Shown here piece by piece: positions 49,341-58,639 of a stretch of 64,000 nt of DNA. Each line of letters begins with the position of its first letter. The stretch's first letter is position 1. A program made the position numbers and the translations under genes. Below the pieces are notes generated by a model. The model did no database searches and was not told the origin of the DNA. It worked only from the letters and a program-made list of their open reading frames with translations. The DNA comes from Nitrospirota bacterium (GTDB lineage Bacteria > JACPQY01): NCBI GenBank assembly GCA_016180645.1, contig JACPAV010000024.1, positions 62,001 to 126,000 of the forward strand. Direction: 5' to 3'.

Positions 49341-50094
49341 TCTCCACGTTCACACCGCCGGTTTCGTTCAGAATCCGGATCGGCTGGACCTGCGAGGGCT
49401 GGACGTCCGGGCGGTTCGGCGGATGGGGAAGCTTGGTGTCATTTCGCTTTCAAGAAACGGACGGGGCGAAAAACGGATCGTGGCGCTCCGGTTCGGCATG
49501 ACGGGGCAGCTTCGTTTTCAATCCAGTGGAGAAACGGCGCTGAATCACACGCACGTTCGCTTCGTTTTCGGCGCATCCGAATTGCATTTTCGGGATGCGC
49601 GCCGGTTCGGAAAAGTGGTGGTGTTCGGCCGGGATCGATGGGAGGAGTGGGCGCGTTCCACCCTCGGGCCGGATCCCTTTGAAGTGGACCCCGGCGAATG
49701 GGCTGCTCGAGTCCGGGCTCATCGTGCCCCCATTAAGCACATCCTCCTGAATCAGAAGATCATCTCGGGGGTGGGGAATATCTATTCGGACGAGGCCCTG
49801 TTCGAGGCCGGAATCCATCCGCTTGCTCTCGGCCATCGCCTGCCCGTCACAGCCTTGAAACGACTGCACTCGTCTCTCACGGAAATCCTTCGTCGCGCCA
49901 TTGCGTCGGGCGGGTCGACCATCTCAGACTTCGTCGACGTAGACGGCCATCCCGGACGGTTTCAGGAACAGCATCAAGTATATGGAAAATTCAGGCGGCC
50001 ATGCCCAAAATGCGGGCGGCCGCTCCAACGCGTCCGCGAACCCTCGCGGAGTTTCACGTATTGCGAAAAATGTCAGAGAAGACGTCCGAAGTGA
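49270..50094 (+). CDS. mutM: Formamidopyrimidine-DNA glycosylase with atypical MELPE N-terminus
   Basis: ELPE, R.GK, GMTG, D.RRFG, LGPDP, G.GNIYSDE motifs and CPKC...CEKC zinc finger. Confidence 0.9.
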   Translation: MELPEAEVVCRQLQEKLAGRRLNDLHVHTAGFVQNPDRLDLRGLDVRAVRRMGKLGVISLSRNGRGEKRIVALRFGMTGQLRFQSSGETALNHTHVRFVFGASELHFRDARRFGKVVVFGRDRWEEWARSTLGPDPFEVDPGEWAARVRAHRAPIKHILLNQKIISGVGNIYSDEALFEAGIHPLALGHRLPVTALKRLHSSLTEILRRAIASGGSTISDFVDVDGHPGRFQEQHQVYGKFRRPCPKCGRPLQRVREPSRSFTYCEKCQRRRPK

Positions 50095-50134
50095 TCCATG
50101 GGGCCAAGCATCCTGCAAACTGGGGAACAATCCC

Positions 50135-50157
50135 CGTTTGACATTCCGCGTCAAACG
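50135..50157. promoter_or_regulatory. Inverted repeat overlapping a TTGACA upstream of pal
   Basis: CGTTTGAC-N7-GTCAAACG. Confidence 0.4.
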
Positions 50158-50175
50158 TGAGATAAAGTAAGGATC

Positions 50176-50931
50176 ATGAAGAGAAACGGATTTCTCTCAT
50201 TGGTTGCCGGTCTTTCCATTCTCCTTTATGCGTGTGGCCCCAAGCCTCCCACCCAGGAAATTTCCGATGCCCAGGCCGCGTTGGAAGCGGCGAGGAAGGC
50301 CGGGGCCGAAACGCTGTATGCCGAGGAGTACAAGACCGCGGAGGCCGCGCTGACGGAGGCCCTCGCCCGGCTGCGGGAGAAGAAATACGACGAAGCGAAA
50401 AAACTCGCCGTCGACGCGAAATCGAAAGCCGACGATCTCTCAGAGCGAATCAAGAAGCTGGCGCTGCCCCCGGTCGAAGCACCCACGGAGGAAGCCAAGA
50501 AAGCAGCCCCTCCACCTCCGGGTGTAGAAGCGGCCACCATCACCGGCGAGGGGAAGGTGCTGACGAGGGAGAACGCGTTTGTTCCGGACGAACAATTGGT
50601 CCTCAAGCGGGTTTACTTCCCCTACGACGACTACTCGCTTACGGAGGAGGCCAAAGGCGTCCTCCGGGCCAACAGCGATTGGCTGCTGTCCCATGCCGGC
50701 ATTCGGATCCAAATTGAAGGGCATTGCGATGAGCGCGGCACCAATGAGTACAATCTGGCCTTGGGCGAGCGGAGGGCACTCGGGGTGCGGGACTACCTCG
50801 TCGCGCTCGGGGTGCCCGCCGATCGCCTTTCCATCCTCAGTTTCGGAGAAGAAATTCCGCTCGACCCCGGACACGAAGAGTCGGCCTGGGCCAGGAACCG
50901 CCGGGCGCAGTTCGTTCACCTCGGCGACTGA
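50176..50931 (+). CDS. pal: Peptidoglycan-associated lipoprotein with N-terminal helical (DUF4398-like) domain
   Basis: Lipobox LYAC, EGHCDERGTNEYNLALGERRA and NRRA motifs. Confidence 0.9.
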   Translation: MKRNGFLSLVAGLSILLYACGPKPPTQEISDAQAALEAARKAGAETLYAEEYKTAEAALTEALARLREKKYDEAKKLAVDAKSKADDLSERIKKLALPPVEAPTEEAKKAAPPPPGVEAATITGEGKVLTRENAFVPDEQLVLKRVYFPYDDYSLTEEAKGVLRANSDWLLSHAGIRIQIEGHCDERGTNEYNLALGERRALGVRDYLVALGVPADRLSILSFGEEIPLDPGHEESAWARNRRAQFVHLGD

Positions 50932-50947
50932 AATCGCCGCTTCTGGT

Positions 50948-51697
50948 TTGAGACTCCTTTTGCCGGTCCTGCTCGCCTTCGCGTCATCCTGTTTCCCCTA
51001 TCAGCGGGGGATCAAGGGTGAGGAGAACATGATCGATGCCCATGCCCGGATACGGGAGCTGGAGAAGAAGGTCGAGGTGTTGGAACGGGCGAAGGGGGCG
51101 CAGGCGGACGTTTTGGTTCGAATTGATCGGATGGGACAGGAAATCAGCCAGGTGCGGGGAAAAGCGGAGGAGATTGGGAAGCAGAAAGGGGGAGGGTCGG
51201 ACCCCCGCGTGCTCCAGCAACTCGACTTGTTGGAGGAAAAGACGCGGGCCCTCGAGGAGCGGATCCGCCAATTTGAGAAGGCACTGCTGAGTGAAACAAG
51301 TCCGGACGCTTCTCCGGACGTTCGTTCCGAGCAGGAAAGCTATGAAGAGGCGCGACGGCTTTACCTCCAGAAAAGGTATGGGGAGGCCATCGACAAGTTT
51401 GACGTCTTCCAACAGAGTCATCCGAAGTCCACGCTGATCGACAACGCTCTTTTTTGGCAAGGCATGAGCCGCTACAGCAACGAAGAATGGGAGAAGGCCA
51501 TCATCAAGTTTGAGGACGTACGGAACCGGTTTCCGGATGGGGACAAGGCGCCCGACGCCGCTTATTTCGAGGCGCTGAGCTTCCGGAAGATGAATGATTC
51601 AAAGAGTGCCAAGGCACTTCTTCAAGACTTCGCGAAGAAGTATCCCAAATCGGACAAGGTTCCATTGGCGGAGAAGCTGCTCAAGGAGTTGAAGTAA
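50948..51697 (+). CDS. Tol-Pal protein CpoB/YbgF-like (coiled coil plus TPR)
   Basis: Follows pal. Probable TTG start with lipobox ASSC; ALFWQG, FPDGDKAPDA and KYPKS TPR motifs. Confidence 0.8.
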   Translation: MRLLLPVLLAFASSCFPYQRGIKGEENMIDAHARIRELEKKVEVLERAKGAQADVLVRIDRMGQEISQVRGKAEEIGKQKGGGSDPRVLQQLDLLEEKTRALEERIRQFEKALLSETSPDASPDVRSEQESYEEARRLYLQKRYGEAIDKFDVFQQSHPKSTLIDNALFWQGMSRYSNEEWEKAIIKFEDVRNRFPDGDKAPDAAYFEALSFRKMNDSKSAKALLQDFAKKYPKSDKVPLAEKLLKELK

Positions 51698-51701
51698 GCG
51701 T

Positions 51702-51805
51702 TCAGCCATCAGCAGTCAGTTCTCAGCTCCCGGTCAATGCACCGGAATCCCCGCTATTCACGCTTGCCTCAGAATCCGAGGCTGACGGCTGACCGCTTAC
51801 CAGCT
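51702..51805. repeat. Inverted arrays of heptamer (TCAGCNN) repeats
   Basis: TCAGCCATCAGCAGTCAGTTCTCAGC ... GCTGACGGCTGACCGCTTACCAGCT. Confidence 0.6.
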
Positions 51806-51817
51806 AAGATAGCCTGA

Positions 51818-52834
51818 ATGCTGACCCTTGGGATCGAGACGTCCTGCGATGAGACCGCCGCCGCTATTCTCGAAGATCGACGGATCCGGTCAAGCATCAT
51901 AGCGTCACAGGCCGATCTTCATGGCCCGTTCGGCGGCGTCGTGCCGGAATTGGCCTCGCGGAGTCACGTGGAGGCCGTCGATACCGTGGTCCGATCAGCC
52001 TTGGAGAAGGCGGATTGCAGTGCGAGCGATATCGACCTCGTGGGCGTTACAGCCGGTCCCGGCCTCCCGGGTGCGCTGATTGTGGGTGTGGCCTTCGCCC
52101 GCACCCTGGCGTGGGCCCTCGACAAGCCGCTCCTGGCGGTCAACCACCTCGAGGGGCACATTCTGGCGGCGAGGATCGAGAATGAGGAAATCGGGTTTCC
52201 TTATCTGGCCCTGCTTGTTTCAGGAGGGCACACGGAGTTGGTGAATGTGCGCGGTGTGGCCGACTACGAGGTGCTGGGGCGGACTCGGGATGACGCCGCC
52301 GGAGAGGCGTTTGACAAGGTGGGCACTCTTTTGGGTCTGCACTATCCCGCGGGACGGGAGATTGAGGAACTGGCACGAAGGGGAGATCCGTCGCGCGTCA
52401 AATTCCCGCGCCCCATGGCCCGAAAGGAAGGAATGGACTTCAGCTTCAGCGGGCTCAAGACGGCCGTGGCGGTTGAACTGCGCCGACTTTCCCGGGAGGA
52501 GTTGGAGAGCCAGAAGCCGCATCTGGCCGCGGGATTCCAGGAGGCGGCGGTCGATGCGCTCTCCCGGAAATTGGAACTTGCGGTGGACCATCTTCATCCC
52601 AAGTGGGTTGTCGTCTGCGGCGGGGTGGCGGCCAATGGGCGCCTTCGTGAGAAAGTCCGGTATATGCTGAATGCCGTGCCGGGGGTCAAGGTTCATTTCC
52701 CCGCGCCCGCCCTCTGCACGGACAACGCGGCGATGATCGCGTACGCGGCGTTCGAGCGGTGGCGGGCGGGTCGGCGGGAAAGCGGGCCGTCCGAACCGGT
52801 GCCGAGGTGGGAGCTTGGTCAGGCCGCTGCGTGA
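51818..52834 (+). CDS. tsaD: tRNA t6A threonylcarbamoyltransferase
   Basis: LGIETSCDET, GGVVPELASR, HLEGH, VSGGHT, DDAAGEAFDK, FSFSGLKT and CTDNAAMI motifs. Confidence 0.97.
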   Translation: MLTLGIETSCDETAAAILEDRRIRSSIIASQADLHGPFGGVVPELASRSHVEAVDTVVRSALEKADCSASDIDLVGVTAGPGLPGALIVGVAFARTLAWALDKPLLAVNHLEGHILAARIENEEIGFPYLALLVSGGHTELVNVRGVADYEVLGRTRDDAAGEAFDKVGTLLGLHYPAGREIEELARRGDPSRVKFPRPMARKEGMDFSFSGLKTAVAVELRRLSREELESQKPHLAAGFQEAAVDALSRKLELAVDHLHPKWVVVCGGVAANGRLREKVRYMLNAVPGVKVHFPAPALCTDNAAMIAYAAFERWRAGRRESGPSEPVPRWELGQAAA

Positions 52835-53711
52835 CGTTTTCCGGGAGACCGCCCTCCGGCCGTCGAAGTCGCTGGGGCAAAACTTTCTTCATCAGAAGGG
52901 CATCATCGAGAAGATCGTCTCGCTGGCGGAGGTGGATCGGGAGGATCGAATTCTGGAGATTGGGTCCGGGTCGGGGTTTCTCACGGAGGCTCTGGCGAAA
53001 CGCGCCCGGAAAGTGTGGGCCTTTGAGCTGGACCGCCGGTTGATCGAATCGCTGCGGCGGGAGATGGGGGCGTTTCCTAATGTGGAGGTCATTCACGCGG
53101 ACGCGATGGACTTCGAGAAATGGGTGCCCGGGGGGAGCGCGAACAAGGTTGTGGCCAATCTTCCCTATTCGATTGCGACGGTGTTGACGCTCAAACTGTT
53201 GTGGGCGTCGTCCCGCTGGGTCGCTTCCGGCGAGTCGCGGGACGGCCATGTCGTCCTGGCGCCGTCTGGACTGGAGCTGTTATGTCTCATGGTTCAGAGA
53301 GAGGTGGCGAACCGGATGACGGCCGCCGTGGGTTCGAAGGAGTATGGATTCCTCGGAGTCATGTGTCAGGCGTTTTCGGTTCCATCGATCGCGTGGAAAG
53401 TGTCCGCCGAGAATTTCGTTCCCCGGCCGGAGGTGGAGTCGGCTGTGGTGCTCTTCAGGCTCCCCGGCCCGTGGAGGGACGAAATTCCGGACCCGGAGGT
53501 CTTCCGAAAAATTGTATCGGCGGCATTCGGGCACCGTCGGAAGACGATCCTGAATTCCCTTCGGCGCGCGGACCCCAAACTGGAGTTGAGCGATGAGGTC
53601 ATTGAGATCATGATGAAGGCGGCCGGAGCGGGGAACTTGACGCGCGCTCAGGAACTTACCGTGGAGCAGTTCGTGCAACTTTCGAACGCCTACTCGCGGT
53701 CCCGCTCATGA
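52815..53711 (+). CDS. rsmA: 16S rRNA m6(2)A dimethyltransferase
   Basis: KSLGQNFL, LEIGSG.G, VANLPYSI, MVQREVA and F.PRPEVES motifs. Confidence 0.95.
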   Translation: MVRPLRDVFRETALRPSKSLGQNFLHQKGIIEKIVSLAEVDREDRILEIGSGSGFLTEALAKRARKVWAFELDRRLIESLRREMGAFPNVEVIHADAMDFEKWVPGGSANKVVANLPYSIATVLTLKLLWASSRWVASGESRDGHVVLAPSGLELLCLMVQREVANRMTAAVGSKEYGFLGVMCQAFSVPSIAWKVSAENFVPRPEVESAVVLFRLPGPWRDEIPDPEVFRKIVSAAFGHRRKTILNSLRRADPKLELSDEVIEIMMKAAGAGNLTRAQELTVEQFVQLSNAYSRSRS

Positions 53712-55198
53712 GAAAGCTTGTTTTCCCCTTCTGGCTCCTCACGTTTCTCGCCTCACACCTCACGCCTGCCGGCGCGGAGCCCTTCAACTACGGGCAGGCC
53801 CCGCTGGGCGTGCAGTCGAGTGGACGAGGTGGGGTGAACGCCGCGTGGGGCGGGGATGCTTCGGCGGTGTTCTTCAATCCCGCGGGACTGGGTCTGTTGT
53901 CACCGGGACAGTGGAACGGCGTCGTGTCCGGTTTTGCGGAGTACGGGCAGGCAACGCAGAAGACGGTGTTTACGGACAAGGACGTGTCGGGGAAGACGTT
54001 GGACGGAATGCTGACGTACGCCGGCGCAGTTCGCGGCACATCCTGGGGCGGGGTCGGCTTGGCGTTCGTCGTTCCTGAGAGGCTTTCCGTTAAGACGCTG
54101 AAACGGTACGAGGATTTGAAGTTTGGAGAGGATCAGTCTGAACGACAGTTTCCAAGTGGGAGCGTGTCGATGAATACGGATGTGACCACGTTTCTCCTGG
54201 GGCCAGCCGCGGCCTGGCGGGCTTGGCCGGAGGTCCTATCCATCGGCCTCCACGGATTCTACTCGCTGAGGAGCGCCCACACCGGGCGCACGGTCTTCAT
54301 CAAAGTGGATCCCGATACGTCCGTCGGGCTCGAAACCGTCACTCAGCAGATCAGCCAGGCCTTTCAGGTGGGCTTGGGCTTTTGGGTTCGGCCGTTCCAT
54401 GCTCTTTCGCTGGGCGCGGCTGCGGACTACACCCTCCCTGTAAAGAATTCATTCACCGTTTCCCGAGCGCTCGTTTCCGTCGACAAGGAGCGCTTGCGAG
54501 AGTTGGCCGGCGAGGTGGTGACCGGACGGACGACGATCGACCAGGCGACCACTGAACTCGATCGGTTCATTGTGACGCCGGAGGTGTCTTCGACCCGCGA
54601 GGACTACCGCCAGCCCCTGAGCGTGCGGGTGGGACCGCGCGTCGACCTGCCGACAGGAACCAGCCTCGGATTCGATGTGGTCTGGTACGCGGCCGAGCGC
54701 CAATACACTCGCATGCGGGCGTTACCCGGATTTGATCCGGAAACCCAGGTGGTTTCCGAGCCGTGCGATCCGAAGGCGGAGGAGAAGAACCCATTCTTGG
54801 TGCCGGAAGTGCCCGCCCCGTTCCATTGTTCGAAGCAGGAGGCCATCGTAAACGTCCACTTCGGTGCGGAGCAGACGTTGCGGCCGGGACTGGTTGTGGC
54901 GGCGGGATTCTATACGGATTTCAGCAATCATCCGTCCATTTCGGCCTTGTTTGAAGAAGAAGGGGAAGAGAGGCGGGAGTTGACCGACCAGAGCGGTTTT
55001 CAGATCCAGGCCCCGAGCGAAGTGAATGTGTATCACCTGACGGCAGGCGTCTCCTTACGGAGGGGCGCGATGCTCGTTTCGCCGGCCCTGAGCTACGGTT
55101 GGGGAAGCGGTGCGACACTGTCCATCGCGCCGGTGCAGAAAAGGAAAGAGCTACGCCGGGATGTCCGCGCGGGTTTGGGCGTTTCGTTCGACTTCTGA
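53708..55198 (+). CDS. FadL/OmpP1-like outer-membrane beta-barrel
   Basis: Signal peptide, GRGG..A...DASAVFFNPAGL and a C-terminal Phe. Confidence 0.75.
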   Translation: MRKLVFPFWLLTFLASHLTPAGAEPFNYGQAPLGVQSSGRGGVNAAWGGDASAVFFNPAGLGLLSPGQWNGVVSGFAEYGQATQKTVFTDKDVSGKTLDGMLTYAGAVRGTSWGGVGLAFVVPERLSVKTLKRYEDLKFGEDQSERQFPSGSVSMNTDVTTFLLGPAAAWRAWPEVLSIGLHGFYSLRSAHTGRTVFIKVDPDTSVGLETVTQQISQAFQVGLGFWVRPFHALSLGAAADYTLPVKNSFTVSRALVSVDKERLRELAGEVVTGRTTIDQATTELDRFIVTPEVSSTREDYRQPLSVRVGPRVDLPTGTSLGFDVVWYAAERQYTRMRALPGFDPETQVVSEPCDPKAEEKNPFLVPEVPAPFHCSKQEAIVNVHFGAEQTLRPGLVVAAGFYTDFSNHPSISALFEEEGEERRELTDQSGFQIQAPSEVNVYHLTAGVSLRRGAMLVSPALSYGWGSGATLSIAPVQKRKELRRDVRAGLGVSFDF

Positions 55199-55200
55199 TA

Positions 55201-55259
55201 CGGAAAAGGGGTCGGGAGTCTTTTCCCAGTCACAGAAAAGACTTCCGACCCCTTTTCCG
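55201..55259. terminator. 25-bp-stem hairpin between convergent genes (bidirectional terminator or palindromic repeat)
   Basis: CGGAAAAGGGGTCGGGAGTCTTTTC-N9-GAAAAGACTTCCGACCCCTTTTCCG. Confidence 0.7.
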
Positions 55260-55274
55260 GCTCCCGCGAGAGGG

Positions 55275-57167
55275 TCAGTTCTCGTCGCGGCGTTTGAGCG
55301 ATGTGACAGCGGGATCGAGAAACGGTCGGTACGTGATCCCGAAGTATTTCAGCTTAAGGCTGAGGTTCGGGGGGCTGAGACCGAGGGCTTTCGCGGCCTC
55401 CACGTTCGACTTGGACCTGTGGAGGTGGTACTCGATGAGCTTGGTCTGAAAGAGGCGTACGAGGGAAGCGTAGTCTTTAGCTTCCGAGAGAGAGGCCAGG
55501 AGGAACGGAAACAGATTCCCCCTCGCCTCCGGAAAACGCTCAAGAAGTTGGGAATCGATCAAGCCACGCACGTACCGGCTGGCTGCGATGGAAGTTTCCA
55601 CGATGCGCGTAATGGTGGCGGAGTCGACGGACTCAATCGCGTGGACTCCGAGCACCTGCTCCGGCCATGCAGCCGGAGAGGACGCGGCGGCGGGGGCGGC
55701 CTGACCTGTCACGACGAGCAGGGGGAGATTCGGGTTTAGATTGCGCAGCCGCAAGATCACGGAATCCGGCGTGACCGTTGACGATTCACCGGGGTGGATG
55801 ATCGCCAGGTCGAATCCGCCGCTCCGGACCTGGCGGGCATATCGACCGGCGTCCGCAACGAACTCCGTTTCCACACCTACGTTCCGCAACACCCCGCCCA
55901 GGGCCGCGAGTTGAGCTCGCGGATCATAAATCAGCACCCGCCGTTTGGCCGATCCCTGCACCCAGCCGCTCTGGGCCACGGCCATGGAGGTGGAGACGCC
56001 TTCGGCGGTCTGCCGGACTGGAAACGGCTGGAGCCGGGTAATCTTCACGATCATCTCCATCTGTCGGGCGATCATTTTCAGGAGGGCGAAATCCTGGCGC
56101 GAGAACAAGACGCCTTCGAACGATTCCCCGAGGCTCAGGACGCCGACGGGTTTCGTGGAGCTCCCGAGGCGGACCACCGCGGCCAGCCGCTTCTGCCGCA
56201 TCTCTTCCCGGTAGGGCGATGGCACCTCCGAGGCCCCGACAATAGGTCCGTTCTGGTAGGCCATGATCTCGGGGCTGGGCAGGGGCAGTTGGGTGTTGCC
56301 GACGACGGCGGTGGGTTGTCCCTGATCGTCGAGAACGGCCACATTGAAATCCCGGCTGTCGAAAGCCTCCTGCAGCGATTCAAAGACGGAGGGCAGGGTG
56401 AGCTCGGCATCGGGACTCATCACGGCTTCTCGCACGCGCACATGGAGGCGGTAGCGTTTCGTATTGAGGAGCGGGCCGAGGGCCACTTCGGGATCGAAGA
56501 ATTTCCTTCCGGCCACCGAATAAGCCGTGGCGAGAGCGCCGGGCAGGAACGCGTAAGGCCCGTAGAGATACGAATCCACGTAGCCGAACATCGGGAGTAG
56601 GAGATTCGGAACCGTCGTCAGGAGACCGGAAAACGCCATTCCCGCAAGAAGGATCTCGCTTCGGACCCGTTCGCGGTCGGAAAGGCGGCCGCTGATCCGG
56701 GCACATTCGACAAATGTGATGAATCCAAGAATTCCCAATCCGACGAGTTCGATGGGGTACGCTTTTCCGTACTCGAACGTTACGAGCGGGATGTCGGCCG
56801 TGGTGCCCCGGATCACTTCCGGATGAAAGGCGCCGGCGCCCAGGAGCCCGCTCAGGAATACAGCGGGGGCGAGCGCCCAATTGGTCGGGTGTTCGTCCCG
56901 CCGGGTTTCCAAACTGCGAACGACGAATCCCATGGCCGGGAACAGGAGGGCCATCCCGACGAAAGAAAGCCGGGCCCAGTTGGCGGCGGCCGCGGTAGAG
57001 ACATCCGCAGACGTCATGAGAAGACTCAGGCTCCACAGGGCAATCGAAAAGTGTACGCCAAGCGCCAGAAGTCGCGTCCTGTCTTTCGCTTGAGGAAGCC
57101 AAGTGGCCAATCCCAAGGCCACGTAAAGCCCCACGAGGTAAGGCAGGGCCGATTGCCAGAAGTTCAT
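55275..57167 (-). CDS. Membrane regulator: 7TM (HisKA_7TM-like) sensor, GAF-like domain, pseudo-receiver, Fis-type HTH
   Basis: About 7 hydrophobic segments, GVLSLGE...FS..D..LL and NVEAAKALGLS..NL. No H-box or AAA motifs seen. Confidence 0.6.
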   Translation of the reverse strand: MNFWQSALPYLVGLYVALGLATWLPQAKDRTRLLALGVHFSIALWSLSLLMTSADVSTAAAANWARLSFVGMALLFPAMGFVVRSLETRRDEHPTNWALAPAVFLSGLLGAGAFHPEVIRGTTADIPLVTFEYGKAYPIELVGLGILGFITFVECARISGRLSDRERVRSEILLAGMAFSGLLTTVPNLLLPMFGYVDSYLYGPYAFLPGALATAYSVAGRKFFDPEVALGPLLNTKRYRLHVRVREAVMSPDAELTLPSVFESLQEAFDSRDFNVAVLDDQGQPTAVVGNTQLPLPSPEIMAYQNGPIVGASEVPSPYREEMRQKRLAAVVRLGSSTKPVGVLSLGESFEGVLFSRQDFALLKMIARQMEMIVKITRLQPFPVRQTAEGVSTSMAVAQSGWVQGSAKRRVLIYDPRAQLAALGGVLRNVGVETEFVADAGRYARQVRSGGFDLAIIHPGESSTVTPDSVILRLRNLNPNLPLLVVTGQAAPAAASSPAAWPEQVLGVHAIESVDSATITRIVETSIAASRYVRGLIDSQLLERFPEARGNLFPFLLASLSEAKDYASLVRLFQTKLIEYHLHRSKSNVEAAKALGLSPPNLSLKLKYFGITYRPFLDPAVTSLKRRDEN

Positions 57168-57179
57168 GGTATCCCCCTT

Positions 57180-58367
57180 TTACAGGAAGTAGCTGTTCTT
57201 GACCTTCTGTGGGTTGGAAGCAAGATGCTCGGATTCGAAGCCCACAATTTCGACAATCGGATCGGCCGAGGCCGGATTGTCCTTGTATGATTCCCTGAAA
57301 TCAGTATTCACGGTTAATAGTTTTTGAACGATAGCGCCCTTGCATTCAAGAGTCAATCCTTCTGACGGGGGGATTCCCTTAACCGCTTGAAGAAGGAATT
57401 TCAGCCGGGCCGTGCCGGCGGGGGTGTGCGTTACGCCCATTTTGAAGGTGCGGATCGTGGCGGCGGCGAGCGGGTGTTCCAGAAGCGCAGAGGCCACGGT
57501 ATCGGGATAAATGTTGGCCCCGTCGATGGAAACCGTACCGTCGCACCGGCCGAAAATAAAGAGAATGGGCAGAGCGAGCCGTTCAGCCGGGGCATCCACT
57601 CCGAGCGCTCGAAGGCGCGCGAAGGTGGCTTCACAATCGAGGACGCCGCCTTCGTCGCCCACGCAGAATGTCACCCGCGGCGAAACAGAGTGAGGGTTGA
57701 GCGTGGTCACTTCCACTTCGTTCTGGCCCGCTGCATTTCGCGTGGACCGGATGTAGTCGCCCGATGGATTGTACTGCCCGAGAAACACTGGCTCACGTTC
57801 CGTTCCCAGAATCTCCTTCCGCAAGGTGGGAGAGTCGAGGAGGATTCCGAGCAGTGCCTTGGAGCAGGGAGTTTCGGAAGCGATCCCGACTTCGAGATCG
57901 GAGGCGCCGTAGGCTGAGACGAGCCGCGCTCCGGGCCTGAGCCCCGATTCCATGAATGTCCGCCAGCCGGAGGGGAAGCCTTCGCCGCCGGACATCACGT
58001 CGACCCGAAACGACTTGACGTCGAATCCCGGCCGGGCGTGGAGGAAGCGGACCAATTCGGCCAGGAAGGGAGGATAGCCCGCCAGGAGATACCGCTCTCC
58101 GGGGCCGAAGATTTGCATGGCTGTCAGGGCGAACCGCCTGGAAATGAGGTGTGCCACGGCGGTGTCGGCGCTCTTGAGATAGGCTTCGATTCGCGCCGGA
58201 TTCCTTCTTGCCTGGCGAATCGCCCACCTCAGAATGGGGATGGGGATCCTGGAGTAGAGCGAATGAAGGGTCCTCCACCGAAGATTTGCGGGAAACATCA
58301 TCCAAGCTGCCTGAGAGGCCGATCGACATGAATGCAGCTTAAGTGAATGCATTTCGCTTGGGCACAC
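57180..58367 (-). pseudogene. Phenylacetate-CoA-ligase (PaaK)-like protein lacking the N-terminal P-loop
   Basis: AGYPPFL, GGEG, SAYGASD, GD.G and GR.DG....GANIYP motifs are present. The SSG.(T/S)G motif is absent. Confidence 0.5.
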
Positions 58368-58639
58368 ACATAGACTCTGTATTACAATGCCGACCTTATT
58401 TCAAGCATAATTAATATATTTTAATATTATTAACTATACTTCTGTGATCTGCATAATTCCATGGCTTCCGTGAGCAGGCATCGGATCTCCGGTCCAAAGC
58501 CACATGTCATTGACGCCATGCAGTAATGATGGTAATTGTGTCACTTAGTGACTATATTGAATTCGTATAAGTAATGTTACGTTAATGAATGGGTAGAACA
58601 CCCTAAATATATGGAAGTCTGCGATGGACGGGGGTTAGG

